Shown piece by piece: positions 16,507 through 26,396 of a stretch of DNA of 47,769 nucleotides. Position numbers and translations under genes: made by a program. Position 1 is the first letter of the stretch. Every line of letters begins with the position of its first letter. Under the pieces are notes generated by a model. That model was not told the DNA's origin and made no database searches. It worked only from the letters and a program-made list of their open reading frames with translations. Origin of the DNA: a virus (Duplodnaviria > Caudoviricetes); IMG/VR virus record IMGVR_UViG_3300023100_000001, positions 1 to 47,769 of that record. One strand, given 5' to 3'.

Positions 16507-16892
16507 ACCTCCACCACTCGAACCTTCAATCCATATTTTACCGCCGTGTCGATCATGTTTTGTGTCCCGGCCGATCCACTGTGAAAAGCGATGAGGTGTG
16601 TTGCTATTCGTGCCATATCTTCATTTCTTCGAGGTCCCGCACTTTTGCCAAGTTTCCAATTTGCAGGAAATGGATGAACCTTGTATCCTTTTTCTTCTGC
16701 GTACCTTTCACCAAGTCCATCAGCTCCGAATACTTTGATGTGATCTTTTGTTCGGAATGTTTCAGTTCCGGTTGAGCATCTGCCTGATATTATTTCTATT
16801 GGCGGTTTGGCATTAGATAAATAATAATCAAGTTTTTCCTTGAGTAGATCGTAATTTGTGAAGTAGCGGGAACCTGCGATTATTAGTTTCAT
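16503..16892 (-). CDS. SLOG/YspA-like (DUF2493) protein
   Basis: MKLIIAGSR, GADGLGERYA, GKSAGPRRNEDM, SAGTQNMI; likely start at 16892, just after a promoter box. Confidence 0.88.
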   Translation of the reverse strand: MKLIIAGSRYFTNYDLLKEKLDYYLSNAKPPIEIISGRCSTGTETFRTKDHIKVFGADGLGERYAEEKGYKVHPFPANWKLGKSAGPRRNEDMARIATHLIAFHSGSAGTQNMIDTAVKYGLKVRVVEV

Positions 16893-16895
16893 TCG

Positions 16896-16933
16896 CAAAT
16901 ATAAAAAAAGCCGCCCATTTCTGAACGGCCTTC
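16896..16933 (-). terminator. Lysis-operon terminator followed by the promoter of the SLOG gene
   Basis: GGCCGTTC-loop-GGGCGGC plus T tract, then TATATTTG (16896-16903). Confidence 0.7.
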
Positions 16934-16964
16934 CCAAAACTATGCTGTTTTTCAACAGTATGCC

Positions 16965-17372
16965 TTAATAAGTTATCTGTGTTGGGTCATACAAATGTTG
17001 GCTTTTCATTTCCACTGCAGCTTTATTTTGCTGGTAAAATCCAAGCATGACCGATAATGATTCTATCCTCCCAGCCTGATCTGCAAGAATACCCTTAATG
17101 CTTTCTATCGAATCAAACACATCAATGACTTTGCCATTTTTTTCAAGTGTTAATGGAGGACAATCACCCACCTTTACAGTACCGCATGTAGTGTATAAGA
17201 AATTTGGCTTTTGCTTTTCCAACCAATTTGTTACATCTGCATGATGCACTCCATTCAATCGATCCTCCAATGGCATATACCCGGGTTCCGTATTGAACAT
17301 TTGTTTGCGTTCGCTGCTTAATAAATAATTTCCAAAATCCACTAAGTCTTTCTGATTAAATTGAGTTACCAT
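16965..17372 (-). CDS. Hypothetical phage protein
   Basis: 135 aa; DLVDFGNYLLS...HADVTNW. Confidence 0.75.
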   Translation of the reverse strand: MVTQFNQKDLVDFGNYLLSSERKQMFNTEPGYMPLEDRLNGVHHADVTNWLEKQKPNFLYTTCGTVKVGDCPPLTLEKNGKVIDVFDSIESIKGILADQAGRIESLSVMLGFYQQNKAAVEMKSQHLYDPTQITY

Positions 17373-17483
17373 TTTCTTATTTTTTCATGGTAATTGCAAT
17401 ATTGCGTTTTTGTGTAGGCTATCCTACAATTGTATCTTTCATGATTCTATATGTTACTTTCACTCCCCAAAATAGTGGGATTC

Positions 17484-17984
17484 TTATTTACTTATCCACA
17501 ACGCCAATAAAAAGCCAACAACGACACTACCGCCACCGATAACTATATTTTTACTCCTGCGCTGTCTGTTTATTTCGTTATTCATGTTCGATATTGTATT
17601 CTGCATTTCCTTAGTGCTGCGGTCGCATTCATTTACGACCCGGATATAAGAAGCAATTGCCTTGTCTTTTTCTCTGATCATTGTATCTTTTTCGATAATG
17701 ATCTTTGATTTGTAATAGGAAATACTATCCGTCAATGTCAATTCTGCCCTGCAATTATTCAGCAACTTGGTTTTTGTGTCAAGTTCGATCAGCTTTTTAT
17801 TGATAAGGCTAAGATGCTTGAACGAAATACCTACATGAGTTGCGCTAATCTGTTTCGGATAATCTACTTTATTCTGTTTCGGATAATCTTTCTTGCTCGA
17901 TGATCCAGTCTGTGAGAAACCCGATTGCAGCAGAAGAGTCAAGCTTATTATAAGCATTAATTTTAGCCTCATGATCCCTTTCAA
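17484..17984 (-). CDS. Spanin-like protein (signal peptide, coiled coil, C-terminal TM)
   Basis: Follows the endolysin; overlaps the upstream gene by 116 bp; no lipobox Cys. Confidence 0.6.
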   Translation of the reverse strand: MKGIMRLKLMLIISLTLLLQSGFSQTGSSSKKDYPKQNKVDYPKQISATHVGISFKHLSLINKKLIELDTKTKLLNNCRAELTLTDSISYYKSKIIIEKDTMIREKDKAIASYIRVVNECDRSTKEMQNTISNMNNEINRQRRSKNIVIGGGSVVVGFLLALWISK

Positions 17985-18246
17985 TTATTTGAGTGTTATA
18001 AATTAAATTTCGTTTGCGTGCTTCCAAAGCCTTAATTGTAGTGTTTGCTGTATCTATTCGCAACCCGGCTATCTTTAGCCGCTCATTGATCAGTTTGATA
18101 TCTTCTGTATGTTCCTGGACTACCGTAGATACTTCCTCTGTGTCGTATGAGTTTCTAAATGACTTATAGCTATTGATTGCCAGTACAACTACTAAGCAAA
18201 TAACCACCACCCACCCCCTACTTTTGTTTGTTACTAAGAATTTCAT
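17869..18246 (-). CDS. i-spanin-like protein
   Basis: N-terminal TM plus periplasmic coiled coil, directly after the endolysin. Confidence 0.6.
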   Translation of the reverse strand: MKFLVTNKSRGWVVVICLVVVLAINSYKSFRNSYDTEEVSTVVQEHTEDIKLINERLKIAGLRIDTANTTIKALEARKRNLIYNTQIIERDHEAKINAYNKLDSSAAIGFLTDWIIEQERLSETE

Positions 18247-18292
18247 CGTTATAAAATTTTAAGTGAGGTAATATTTAAAGGGTAGTATGCTT

Positions 18293-18787
18293 TTAAATGT
18301 TGACATATGTAGTTCCCTTGATAAAGTCTTTTTTATTGTGCTTTGCAAGGAGCTTTTGCCATGTGTAACCATAATCATATTGAAAGTGAGGTGCATCAAA
18401 CAGCGTTTTAAAATTACCGCCCCAGAACCAACCTCTTGAAATCAAAAAGTCAATAACAGTTCGCCAATCAGATTTTCCGTTTTTGTCACCATCCCTTTTT
18501 TGGTCGTAACTTGCTTCTTCAAAAACACCGTCACCATTTTTATCATAAAGCATGACAATATCGAACGCAAGCCCGTAGTTATGAATTGATTGCCCGGCAT
18601 CCGCATTTGTCACTTTCGAACGTTTCAGAAACAATTGATGCTGTTCTGGAAAAGTCCTTAAGGAATAGGTGATCCGCAAACGGACGCCCTTTCCAAGAAG
18701 TTTATTTGCATCCGTATAATCTTGTATTGCTTTTGCCCTTAATTTAGGGTGCATTAATTGTAGTCTTTCTAATGATATTTTGTCCAT
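18293..18787 (-). CDS. Endolysin, M15 (L-Ala-D-Glu peptidase) family
   Basis: SLRTFPEQHQLF, SIHNYGLAFD, WGGNF...DAPHFQ. Confidence 0.92.
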   Translation of the reverse strand: MDKISLERLQLMHPKLRAKAIQDYTDANKLLGKGVRLRITYSLRTFPEQHQLFLKRSKVTNADAGQSIHNYGLAFDIVMLYDKNGDGVFEEASYDQKRDGDKNGKSDWRTVIDFLISRGWFWGGNFKTLFDAPHFQYDYGYTWQKLLAKHNKKDFIKGTTYVNI

Positions 18788-19302
18788 TATCCTTCTATGT
18801 TTTCAGGGTTATCAATTGTTTTTTCGTCTGAAGGCGTGGCACCTCCTTCCACTTTTTCTTTACTAATATTCGGCTTATGAGAGTCGATAAAGTCTGTGAT
18901 TGCGGTAAGCATACTGCTTTTTAAGTCTCCCGATTTATTAGCATTGGTAATTGTCATTCCAAGTAGAGCGCAAGCTAATACCATAAATAAGCCTTCTCCA
19001 ATCCAATTAGCAGAAGGTTCTGCATCTTCAATCTGAAAGGCTATTAATAGCAATGTCCAGTACACAATCATATCTCTCGTGCATTTCATGAACTTGGTCC
19101 ATGTAAATTCCGATGGTCTTGCTTTCGCTGCCCGCCTTGCCCCAAATATCGCATCGGCCAAAACAAGTACACCTATGACAATGAACTTCTTATGATTAGG
19201 AACTATGACCAATTCCAAATAACTTATCATAATCCCTGCCACAGCTGAGAAAATGGTGCTTATTGAAAGCTCAAAATTTAAAATTGCAACCTTGTACGAC
19301 AT
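18787..19302 (-). CDS. Holin
   Basis: Three to four TM helices, LVLADAIFG...A motif, coupled to the endolysin. Confidence 0.8.
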   Translation of the reverse strand: MSYKVAILNFELSISTIFSAVAGIMISYLELVIVPNHKKFIVIGVLVLADAIFGARRAAKARPSEFTWTKFMKCTRDMIVYWTLLLIAFQIEDAEPSANWIGEGLFMVLACALLGMTITNANKSGDLKSSMLTAITDFIDSHKPNISKEKVEGGATPSDEKTIDNPENIEG

Positions 19303-19311
19303 TATCTTCTT

Positions 19312-19650
19312 TTACATCCAATCCCCAAGCTTACCATCCGCAACACTTAATTGCTTAATGGTATCAAGTCCTTTTTTTGTGAGTTCCGGGAAGAAATCAG
19401 AGATCATATTTCCCTCAATTGTTTGCCCTCCGATGTATGTTTTATCACCTCCGAAGTTGATGTTCGCTCCGTCAAGCGTTCTGACTTGCTGCCCCTGCTC
19501 ATTGTAAATTGAGATCACTACGGTGCCAGATCTTTGATTTGGATCAATGGTCTGATACACTAATCCGATAGAGCTTTTTTCTTTGAAATAAATTACGGCA
19601 CTACTTCCATCATGCTGAGGAATTGCCAGGTCTTTTTTTAGTTGATACAT
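19312..19650 (-). CDS. Hypothetical protein (tail-fibre associated)
   Basis: 112 aa, between the fibre and lysis genes. Confidence 0.7.
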   Translation of the reverse strand: MYQLKKDLAIPQHDGSSAVIYFKEKSSIGLVYQTIDPNQRSGTVVISIYNEQGQQVRTLDGANINFGGDKTYIGGQTIEGNMISDFFPELTKKGLDTIKQLSVADGKLGDWM

Positions 19651-19665
19651 GGTATTTGTTTTTTA

Positions 19666-20070
19666 TTATTTGAATAATTTATCCCAAAGAAGATAAACCG
19701 AACCGCCCATTTGCGATGGGTATTTACTTGTTTTTGCCTTGTCGATCGGATCAAAATTGAATTTTACAGTTTGCTCTAAGATTTTAATTTGTTCTTCACG
19801 CATAAAAATCCCGCCCTTATTTGTCCATACCTGATTTCCGTCTTTTTCTTCAACATATTCAGGATTTGCTTTTGCATTATCGGCAAGTAGCCTCAATTGC
19901 GTTTCGGTTGTTTCGTGCTCAAGTTCAAAATTGCGCAATGGCGTGTACAACTCAGTGCTGTCTGTGATGTCCTTAAAGTCTTTCAAATGTGGCTTTATAC
20001 CTGCGATGATATCCCCGAGTTCTGATCTTTTTAATTCAAACTCTTTGTTGCCTGTTAATTTTACTTTCAT
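19666..20070 (-). CDS. Hypothetical protein (possible fibre chaperone)
   Basis: 134 aa, immediately after the fibre gene. Confidence 0.7.
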   Translation of the reverse strand: MKVKLTGNKEFELKRSELGDIIAGIKPHLKDFKDITDSTELYTPLRNFELEHETTETQLRLLADNAKANPEYVEEKDGNQVWTNKGGIFMREEQIKILEQTVKFNFDPIDKAKTSKYPSQMGGSVYLLWDKLFK

Positions 20071-20096
20071 TGTTATAGTTTTGGTTAAAAAATTAT

Positions 20097-22907
20097 TTAT
20101 CCTCTTGGTGTAAGAATAATTTTAGCTTTTGTAATCGTAATATTTGACCCGGTGCACCCTACATTTATACTTGCATAATCAGTGGCGTTTACACCTGATA
20201 TTAATTCTGCTCCTTTTATTCTATTTGTTCCTATTACTCCTGTGGATTGCGCTGTTTCAAACAAAGTTCCCCCATTGTTTAATCTTAGTTCGCATGTAAC
20301 CAATGGTGTTCCGGCTGTTGTATATTCTATCTCATAAAATGCTATTACCTCACGCCCGGCAATTCCAAACTGAATCTTAACATCGCCCGTTGTTACATCA
20401 TAACTAAAGAGAGAATTTGTAGAAGACCTATTCGTGTTGAATGTAACCCTTGAGTTTCCCGCTCCCGCTGTTCTTGGTTCAGATGTGGTTATGTATACTT
20501 CACCACCATCATTCTGAATTATTCTGATAGGCATTGACCTTAATCCTCCGGCGCTTGAAGTGAATAAAGCATTTAATGCAGGTGTAATAGGTGTGTCATC
20601 TCTTGTGTTTAGGTATTTTGGTAAAGTCAAATCATTGGTAGTATTACCAATTTCCACAAAAGACCCCGCAATTTGACGAACCATGTATCTAACTGCACCG
20701 CCAGAATCCAATCCACGCAAACCAACACTTAATGCAGTGAAGTCTAAGTCAGATGAAACCCCTGCATTTCCAATTAGTGATAAAGTGTAGGCGCTTGACC
20801 CTGTCGCTCCAATCCTTACCCTTCCTGCCCTTGCAATGTGCTGTCCATTGCTGGTTGCTGCTACTCCTGTTGTTTGATCGAACCAAACGTCACCATTTGC
20901 GACAATGCCTAATGATGCTATTGTTCTGGACTGAATTGTTCCGCTACCCGAACCACTACTTGTAAGTATATTTACTGATGTTGAAGATGTTGGAATAGAA
21001 TCAATTGCTAAATCGCCTCCGATGTGAAGTTGTGAAGTTGGAGCAACTTTATTTATACCTGTGCGCCCGTTGGTTAAAAGAATTGTCAATCTTTCAAGTG
21101 TAGTTCCTACTGCATCGTCTACCAATCTAAACCTACCATTCATAGTAGATGCGTTATTTCCTGTTTGAAATAACCAATGTGATCCACCCGTACCGCTGCT
21201 TATAAATCTAAAGAGTGAAGTACTTGCGCCTGATGGACTCCCTTCATGTACCCTAAAATCAGCTCCTCCTGTAGTTCTGTATAAGTGTATTCCCCCTGCT
21301 GCCGTTATACCCGTCCCTACCAATAGATTTCCTGAACTGTCAATGGTTGCAACTTGGGTAGGAGACACCCCTGTTCTAAACATTATTCTGCCATAACCGT
21401 ACATGTCTGTAGTCCAAGCAGTACCATCATATGAGTTTCTTAAGTATCCAAATGTTGATCCACTTGCAGTAAGATTGATATTAACTCCATTCCCTGTATT
21501 GTTTTCTAATGTAAGCAGCGTTTGCATCCCTGCTGTGTTCTTAGTTATATTTACTGTGTCACCTGTGGTTGTCGGACTCAAAACTGTTCCTGATCGCTGC
21601 CAATATTGAGCCGGGTATGTCAAAGTTGCTTTATCCCACTGTGTGCCATCCCACATAATAACCTGTCCAAGCGTTGCACCGTTCTGCTGCAAATCACTTG
21701 TCTGTAATTGCCTCCAAAATGGCGTGCCACTTGCGCCCCAAGGTGCAGCAAAAACTAACTTTTGAGGCAATGTCGGAAGCGAAAATGTTAAATCAGGTAT
21801 TGTGGTAGGATTCGTTACATTGACTGAAAATAAATCATATGTACCTGCATTAAGATCCTGTGCGCTAAAATTGGTAACAGTCCCTGTGTTTGTGGTATAG
21901 CCTTGCGCTGTCACCCAAGATCTTGAAGCTATTTGATACCAAGAACCGGGGATACCTATTGAAAGCCTGTACCATGCAGAATCATGTGTATTTTCTGCTG
22001 AGAATATCTTAAAATCATATGCAGCACCCCTACCCATCGTAAGCAAATATCCAGTGTCCGATACAGGTGTATTGCTGTATCCCGAACCTATTCCAATAAT
22101 GGATGTCGTTGATACAGTATTTAAGTTGACACTTGTTTGAGTTGAACTATACTGCGCATCCGTAGTATTTAATGCGACAAAATCTCCTATAGCATAATTT
22201 TGAGCTGTTACCCATTGCCTCGATGCAAATTGATACCAAGAACCGGGGATACCTACAGATAATCTATACCAAGACGAATCAACTGAATTCTCAGCGGTAA
22301 ATATTTTGAAGTCGTATCCTGGACCTTTGCCTAAAGTCAATAAATACCCCTGATCTGCAACGGGTGTATTGCTATATCCTGAACCAATTCCTAATGCTGA
22401 AGTCTTATGGATTGTATTTAAATCAACCCCTGTTTGATTCACATTATAAGCCGCATCTGCATCTGTAAGCGCTACATATTTACCTGTTGGGTCAGCATAA
22501 GCATTTGATATAGTAATATTTGGGTAGCTACCTGTGACATTTATTCCTGTGCCAGCTATAATATTTACAGGAGCTCCCCCACCGCCTGCCAATTTCTTGG
22601 CATTCCCCAGCACATCAATTATCCATTGATCACCTGCGCTGTCTGTAACATATTCATTTAGATTAGATACATTTCCTGTGAGCATTGGTATATACCCAAG
22701 ATCAACATTATTGACCTTTAATCCCACAAAATCATTTACTGCACCAAGATCAAATTTCCAATTTCCTGATGGCTCCGCAATATCGTACACCTGTGAGTAA
22801 AACTGCGTTGACCGGGTTAAATCGGGTATGTCGTCGAAGCGTTTAGGCTGTTTAAAATTACAGCCACATCCTTTTTTTCCACATTTCTTGCACATTATAG
22901 ACCCCAT
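20097..22907 (-). CDS. Tail fibre / receptor-binding protein
   Basis: G/T/S-rich 936 aa; IIAGTGINVTG, GRTGINKVAPTSQLHIGG shaft motifs; internal 99-aa duplication. Confidence 0.85.
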   Translation of the reverse strand: MGSIMCKKCGKKGCGCNFKQPKRFDDIPDLTRSTQFYSQVYDIAEPSGNWKFDLGAVNDFVGLKVNNVDLGYIPMLTGNVSNLNEYVTDSAGDQWIIDVLGNAKKLAGGGGAPVNIIAGTGINVTGSYPNITISNAYADPTGKYVALTDADAAYNVNQTGVDLNTIHKTSALGIGSGYSNTPVADQGYLLTLGKGPGYDFKIFTAENSVDSSWYRLSVGIPGSWYQFASRQWVTAQNYAIGDFVALNTTDAQYSSTQTSVNLNTVSTTSIIGIGSGYSNTPVSDTGYLLTMGRGAAYDFKIFSAENTHDSAWYRLSIGIPGSWYQIASRSWVTAQGYTTNTGTVTNFSAQDLNAGTYDLFSVNVTNPTTIPDLTFSLPTLPQKLVFAAPWGASGTPFWRQLQTSDLQQNGATLGQVIMWDGTQWDKATLTYPAQYWQRSGTVLSPTTTGDTVNITKNTAGMQTLLTLENNTGNGVNINLTASGSTFGYLRNSYDGTAWTTDMYGYGRIMFRTGVSPTQVATIDSSGNLLVGTGITAAGGIHLYRTTGGADFRVHEGSPSGASTSLFRFISSGTGGSHWLFQTGNNASTMNGRFRLVDDAVGTTLERLTILLTNGRTGINKVAPTSQLHIGGDLAIDSIPTSSTSVNILTSSGSGSGTIQSRTIASLGIVANGDVWFDQTTGVAATSNGQHIARAGRVRIGATGSSAYTLSLIGNAGVSSDLDFTALSVGLRGLDSGGAVRYMVRQIAGSFVEIGNTTNDLTLPKYLNTRDDTPITPALNALFTSSAGGLRSMPIRIIQNDGGEVYITTSEPRTAGAGNSRVTFNTNRSSTNSLFSYDVTTGDVKIQFGIAGREVIAFYEIEYTTAGTPLVTCELRLNNGGTLFETAQSTGVIGTNRIKGAELISGVNATDYASINVGCTGSNITITKAKIILTPRG
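21898..22477 (-). repeat. Tandem 297-bp (99-aa) knob-like domain duplication in the tail fibre
   Basis: GIGSGYSNTPV.D.GYLLT.G...YDFKIF.AEN..DS.WYRLS.GIPGSWYQ twice; 26 identical bp at 21933 and 22230. Confidence 0.9.
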
Positions 22908-24460
22908 CCGCCCCCGCTCGGTAATGTATTGTCTGTAATGGTAATTGTACCATCAGCGACCATTATAATAAACACCTGTGGTGTACATTCGCCACAACAA
23001 ACTTCTAAGAAATAAAGTCCGTCATCTTCCGGGGTGTATTCTTCTTCATCACCTACGACTGTTTTTACTCCACCATCCACATATGACCATTCATAAGTCG
23101 GTTCTGCACATCCATCAACCGAAGCAGTTAATGTTCCGCCATCGTTAGTTACATCTGCGCCAAAAGTTGCACAATCGCCGCACATAATATGATTTCTACT
23201 AAATCTTACAGTACAATCGCCATCTGTTACATCAACATAATAAAATCCACTTTCTGTTGCAGTATATTCCTCTAATGTTGCGCCGGGAATAGAAGTTATA
23301 GTATCATCTATTTGAATATACCATTGATATGTCATGCCTTCTGCCGCACCATTAAAAGATAGAATATTTCCATCCTTATCAATATTCCCCTCTATTATAC
23401 ATATATCTGCTTCTGAGACAAATAGTGTGCTTGATGCCTCGCAATCGCCCTTGTTTACTGTAACCCTGTAATATCCTTCTCCTTCAGTCGCTATTTGCTC
23501 CTGATCAGAACCCAATGCAGCCCATGAAGAGCCGTCTTCAGAATATTCCCATCCATAAGTATCAACCGGATCATGCATTGCCGGGACACTCGCATCTAAT
23601 ACACCGGCAGTATTTGTTATTGATACAGCAAAGCCTGTACATGGATCCAAATAAACTATTGATGCCCCTTTTTTACAAGCTCCTACACTGTAATTTACTG
23701 TAACAGTACCGTATGCCGGTGGCACAACAGAAGTAAGATTATTTCCCAAATTTATAGGAGATCCGCCACCATAAGGGGCAAATGTCCATACTGAAGAAGG
23801 TGATCCGAAAGGATTATCGACAGTAAGCTCTATTGTCCCATCATTATTTTCAAGTGATATGCTTAATAAATCACAAGCCTCCGGGTCTGGTGGGTCTGGC
23901 GGACAGTCATCTTCATATGGGGCCTCCTGATAAACATTTTCATTGCAACAAGGCGTTGTTCCTGTGGCAGGCAGTGTTGGCATTTCAAAAGAAAGCGTCA
24001 TGTACCAATAATTGCCATCCCCTATATTCTGCTCCTCATCATCTTCAATTTCAACATTTTTTATAACCCGGTTGGTCCATGTAGTTTCAAAGTCGATGCG
24101 AAGCTCATCATTCTCGGAAATCATTTTATAGAGTGCACCCCTTACGGATGTATCGATATTAAATGAAAACTTCATTCTCGGAACTACAACCCTGCTTTTT
24201 AGGTTTCTCTGCTCAAAATCATTTTCATACATTTCCTCTGAAAGCCTAAAATCCGGATCACCTATTTTTGATATGAAATAAATCGGATCGTTGGTAGCGC
24301 AACTTTCGGCACCTTCATATAATTTTACATTTTCATTGCCGCAAAGAAACTCCTGCTCAATAGAAGCGGTTATAAGACCCGGCGGAAACTCGTCAGTGCC
24401 GGTATTAAAGTACCGCCCCGTCGATTGTGTTATCGTAGATTTAAATATCGGATTGGGCAT
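22895..24460 (-). CDS. Tail protein with C-terminal Ig-like repeats
   Basis: Repeated TY.W...G.Y.V.V..G.C units; very acidic and Cys-rich. Confidence 0.75.
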   Translation of the reverse strand: MPNPIFKSTITQSTGRYFNTGTDEFPPGLITASIEQEFLCGNENVKLYEGAESCATNDPIYFISKIGDPDFRLSEEMYENDFEQRNLKSRVVVPRMKFSFNIDTSVRGALYKMISENDELRIDFETTWTNRVIKNVEIEDDEEQNIGDGNYWYMTLSFEMPTLPATGTTPCCNENVYQEAPYEDDCPPDPPDPEACDLLSISLENNDGTIELTVDNPFGSPSSVWTFAPYGGGSPINLGNNLTSVVPPAYGTVTVNYSVGACKKGASIVYLDPCTGFAVSITNTAGVLDASVPAMHDPVDTYGWEYSEDGSSWAALGSDQEQIATEGEGYYRVTVNKGDCEASSTLFVSEADICIIEGNIDKDGNILSFNGAAEGMTYQWYIQIDDTITSIPGATLEEYTATESGFYYVDVTDGDCTVRFSRNHIMCGDCATFGADVTNDGGTLTASVDGCAEPTYEWSYVDGGVKTVVGDEEEYTPEDDGLYFLEVCCGECTPQVFIIMVADGTITITDNTLPSGGGWGL

Positions 24461-26346
24461 CAGTTGAAGATTAAGTTTAACTTTAATTCTCTTGGCGGAT
24501 CGGTAATTGTAACCTCCGCAATTTCACCCCACCCCATTTGGGATTTAACCAAAATGTCCGGCTTGAAATTATACACGTCCTCGCAGCATATAGGTACAGC
24601 CAGAGGTATCTGTTTTCTCTTTTTGGTCTCCGTTTTGAATGTCGTGAATGTTTCGTCCAAGTATCCTTGAATGATTGGTCGCTGCCAATAGTGTAGAATG
24701 GATAAATTAGGGAAAGACAAATAATCATTTACCCGGACAGTGTCATTTTGCTCAACCAAAAAACCATTTTCGTCTACAAGTGCCATGAATATTCCGTCTG
24801 ACTCTTGGAACTCCGTATATTTCTCGCTGATATATCTAAGGTCTGTATATAACCTTTCTGTATATAGATTTGATTCTGTTGAATTATCCCCGGTACATGA
24901 ACCGAAATAATCTATCTGCATTCCAAAGGTTTTACTGAAATCCTGTGACCAGCCGAATTTTTCTACGGATGGAATATTTTCTGTATCAAAAGAAAATTTA
25001 TGGCCACCACGAATATACTTTACAAGCTGATCTGATGTAAGGTCAATTCTTCTTTCTAATATGAAATAAGATATGTGCTCAATTATAATAGTTTGTGTGT
25101 CCTCATCAAATCCATATCCAAGATTAAACACCTTTTTAAGATCAGTAAGGAATTGCAAGAATGTGATTCTGGCAATGGTCGCCTCGGTGCTCGTGTCTAA
25201 GCTGTCAATATCATAAACAAGAGGGTAAGAAATATCTGTTATTTGCCAAAATGCAAGTTTCCAATTTTCGAACAAGTAAGTAGCCAGAACATACGCTTCA
25301 TTATCCGGGCTATCACCAACGGGATTGATGTTGAAAAAGTTGGATTTAATAAGCATGCCCTGGCAATTGGTAAAGCCAATAAACATGTCAAAAATATCCT
25401 CTAAAAATCTACCATTTTCGTATCCCCAATTCTCTGGAGGCGTTCTTCTATAATATAAAAATGTTCCGGCTTCATAAATAGGTCTTTTTCGATTCCAATT
25501 AGGCGAATTCGTCTCAAAATCATAAGCAAGTTCCACAGTTGTGTCCGGCGGTTTCGCCCATCCTCCTGTAACTACGGTCCATTTATCTAAATCAGGAGGT
25601 GCTACAGATGAAAACACCCTATACCAATATGTTTCTATTCTATATCCCTGGATATCTACTTCTAATTGTCCCCCTTGATCACCTGAGCTTATTGCAGTAA
25701 CCAGGTAATTAGTCTTTATTTCAGTCCACTGTTGCGCAGGGTCGATAGTTATGCTATTCGGGATGTCTTGATATGCTGGAGGCAATGAAAGGAACTCGTC
25801 CGGGGTTAACGATGCCTCAACGGGGATGTAACCATCAATTATTTCATAAACTACATCGTAATAACATTTTTGCTTTTGGAGCGTGCCAAATCTCTTTAGC
25901 CATACATCGCCATCAGAATTTAAAAGGTTGGATCCTTTCTTTTCATTGAGAATACACCAAAGTGGATGAACATTGTGAACTTCTGCCACAACTTCGCACT
26001 TATCAAAGTCCCATACACATTTATTTATCCGGAATTCGCACTTGTAAAAATTCTCAAAAGATCCGACTCCGCATTTACGCTGAATATAAAATTCCCTTAC
26101 TATACATCTATCCGTATAGTCATATTCAGCCTTTAGGATATCGAAATCAAAGATGCCTTTTGCTACGTCATTTCTGAATGTAAGCTTGGTAGACAATTCT
26201 TTTCCCCATACGCCAAGCTCATTATCTTTTGACCACCTCCATTCAAGTTTTTGCTCCATTGGCGTGAGCTGCCAAAAGCCATTTTCCGTATCAGTATTAT
26301 ATACTTCCAGAATAAACCTATATGTATCACGTAGTAATGGGAACAT
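24460..26346 (-). CDS. Tail tip/hub-like structural protein
   Basis: 628 aa, first gene of the tail-tip operon. Confidence 0.65.
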   Translation of the reverse strand: MFPLLRDTYRFILEVYNTDTENGFWQLTPMEQKLEWRWSKDNELGVWGKELSTKLTFRNDVAKGIFDFDILKAEYDYTDRCIVREFYIQRKCGVGSFENFYKCEFRINKCVWDFDKCEVVAEVHNVHPLWCILNEKKGSNLLNSDGDVWLKRFGTLQKQKCYYDVVYEIIDGYIPVEASLTPDEFLSLPPAYQDIPNSITIDPAQQWTEIKTNYLVTAISSGDQGGQLEVDIQGYRIETYWYRVFSSVAPPDLDKWTVVTGGWAKPPDTTVELAYDFETNSPNWNRKRPIYEAGTFLYYRRTPPENWGYENGRFLEDIFDMFIGFTNCQGMLIKSNFFNINPVGDSPDNEAYVLATYLFENWKLAFWQITDISYPLVYDIDSLDTSTEATIARITFLQFLTDLKKVFNLGYGFDEDTQTIIIEHISYFILERRIDLTSDQLVKYIRGGHKFSFDTENIPSVEKFGWSQDFSKTFGMQIDYFGSCTGDNSTESNLYTERLYTDLRYISEKYTEFQESDGIFMALVDENGFLVEQNDTVRVNDYLSFPNLSILHYWQRPIIQGYLDETFTTFKTETKKRKQIPLAVPICCEDVYNFKPDILVKSQMGWGEIAEVTITDPPRELKLNLIFN

Positions 26347-26350
26347 GGGG

Positions 26351-26395
26351 CAATAGTATGATACTGACCTATTATTTTAGTGACAGCATTGTCAC
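26351..26395 (-). promoter_or_regulatory. Late promoter 2: degenerate -7 box plus palindrome
   Basis: TACTATTG (26351-26358) and GTGACAGCATTGTCAC (26380-26395). Confidence 0.65.
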
Positions 26396-26396
26396 A

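Noticed and set aside
16893-16955. N-terminal extension of the SLOG ORF in the ORF track
   Set aside because: It runs through a terminator and promoter; the domain starts at MKLIIAGSR (16892)
21898-22477. Diversity-generating retroelement TR/VR pair
   Set aside because: No reverse transcriptase in the genome, both copies are in frame within one gene, and differences are not adenine-specific
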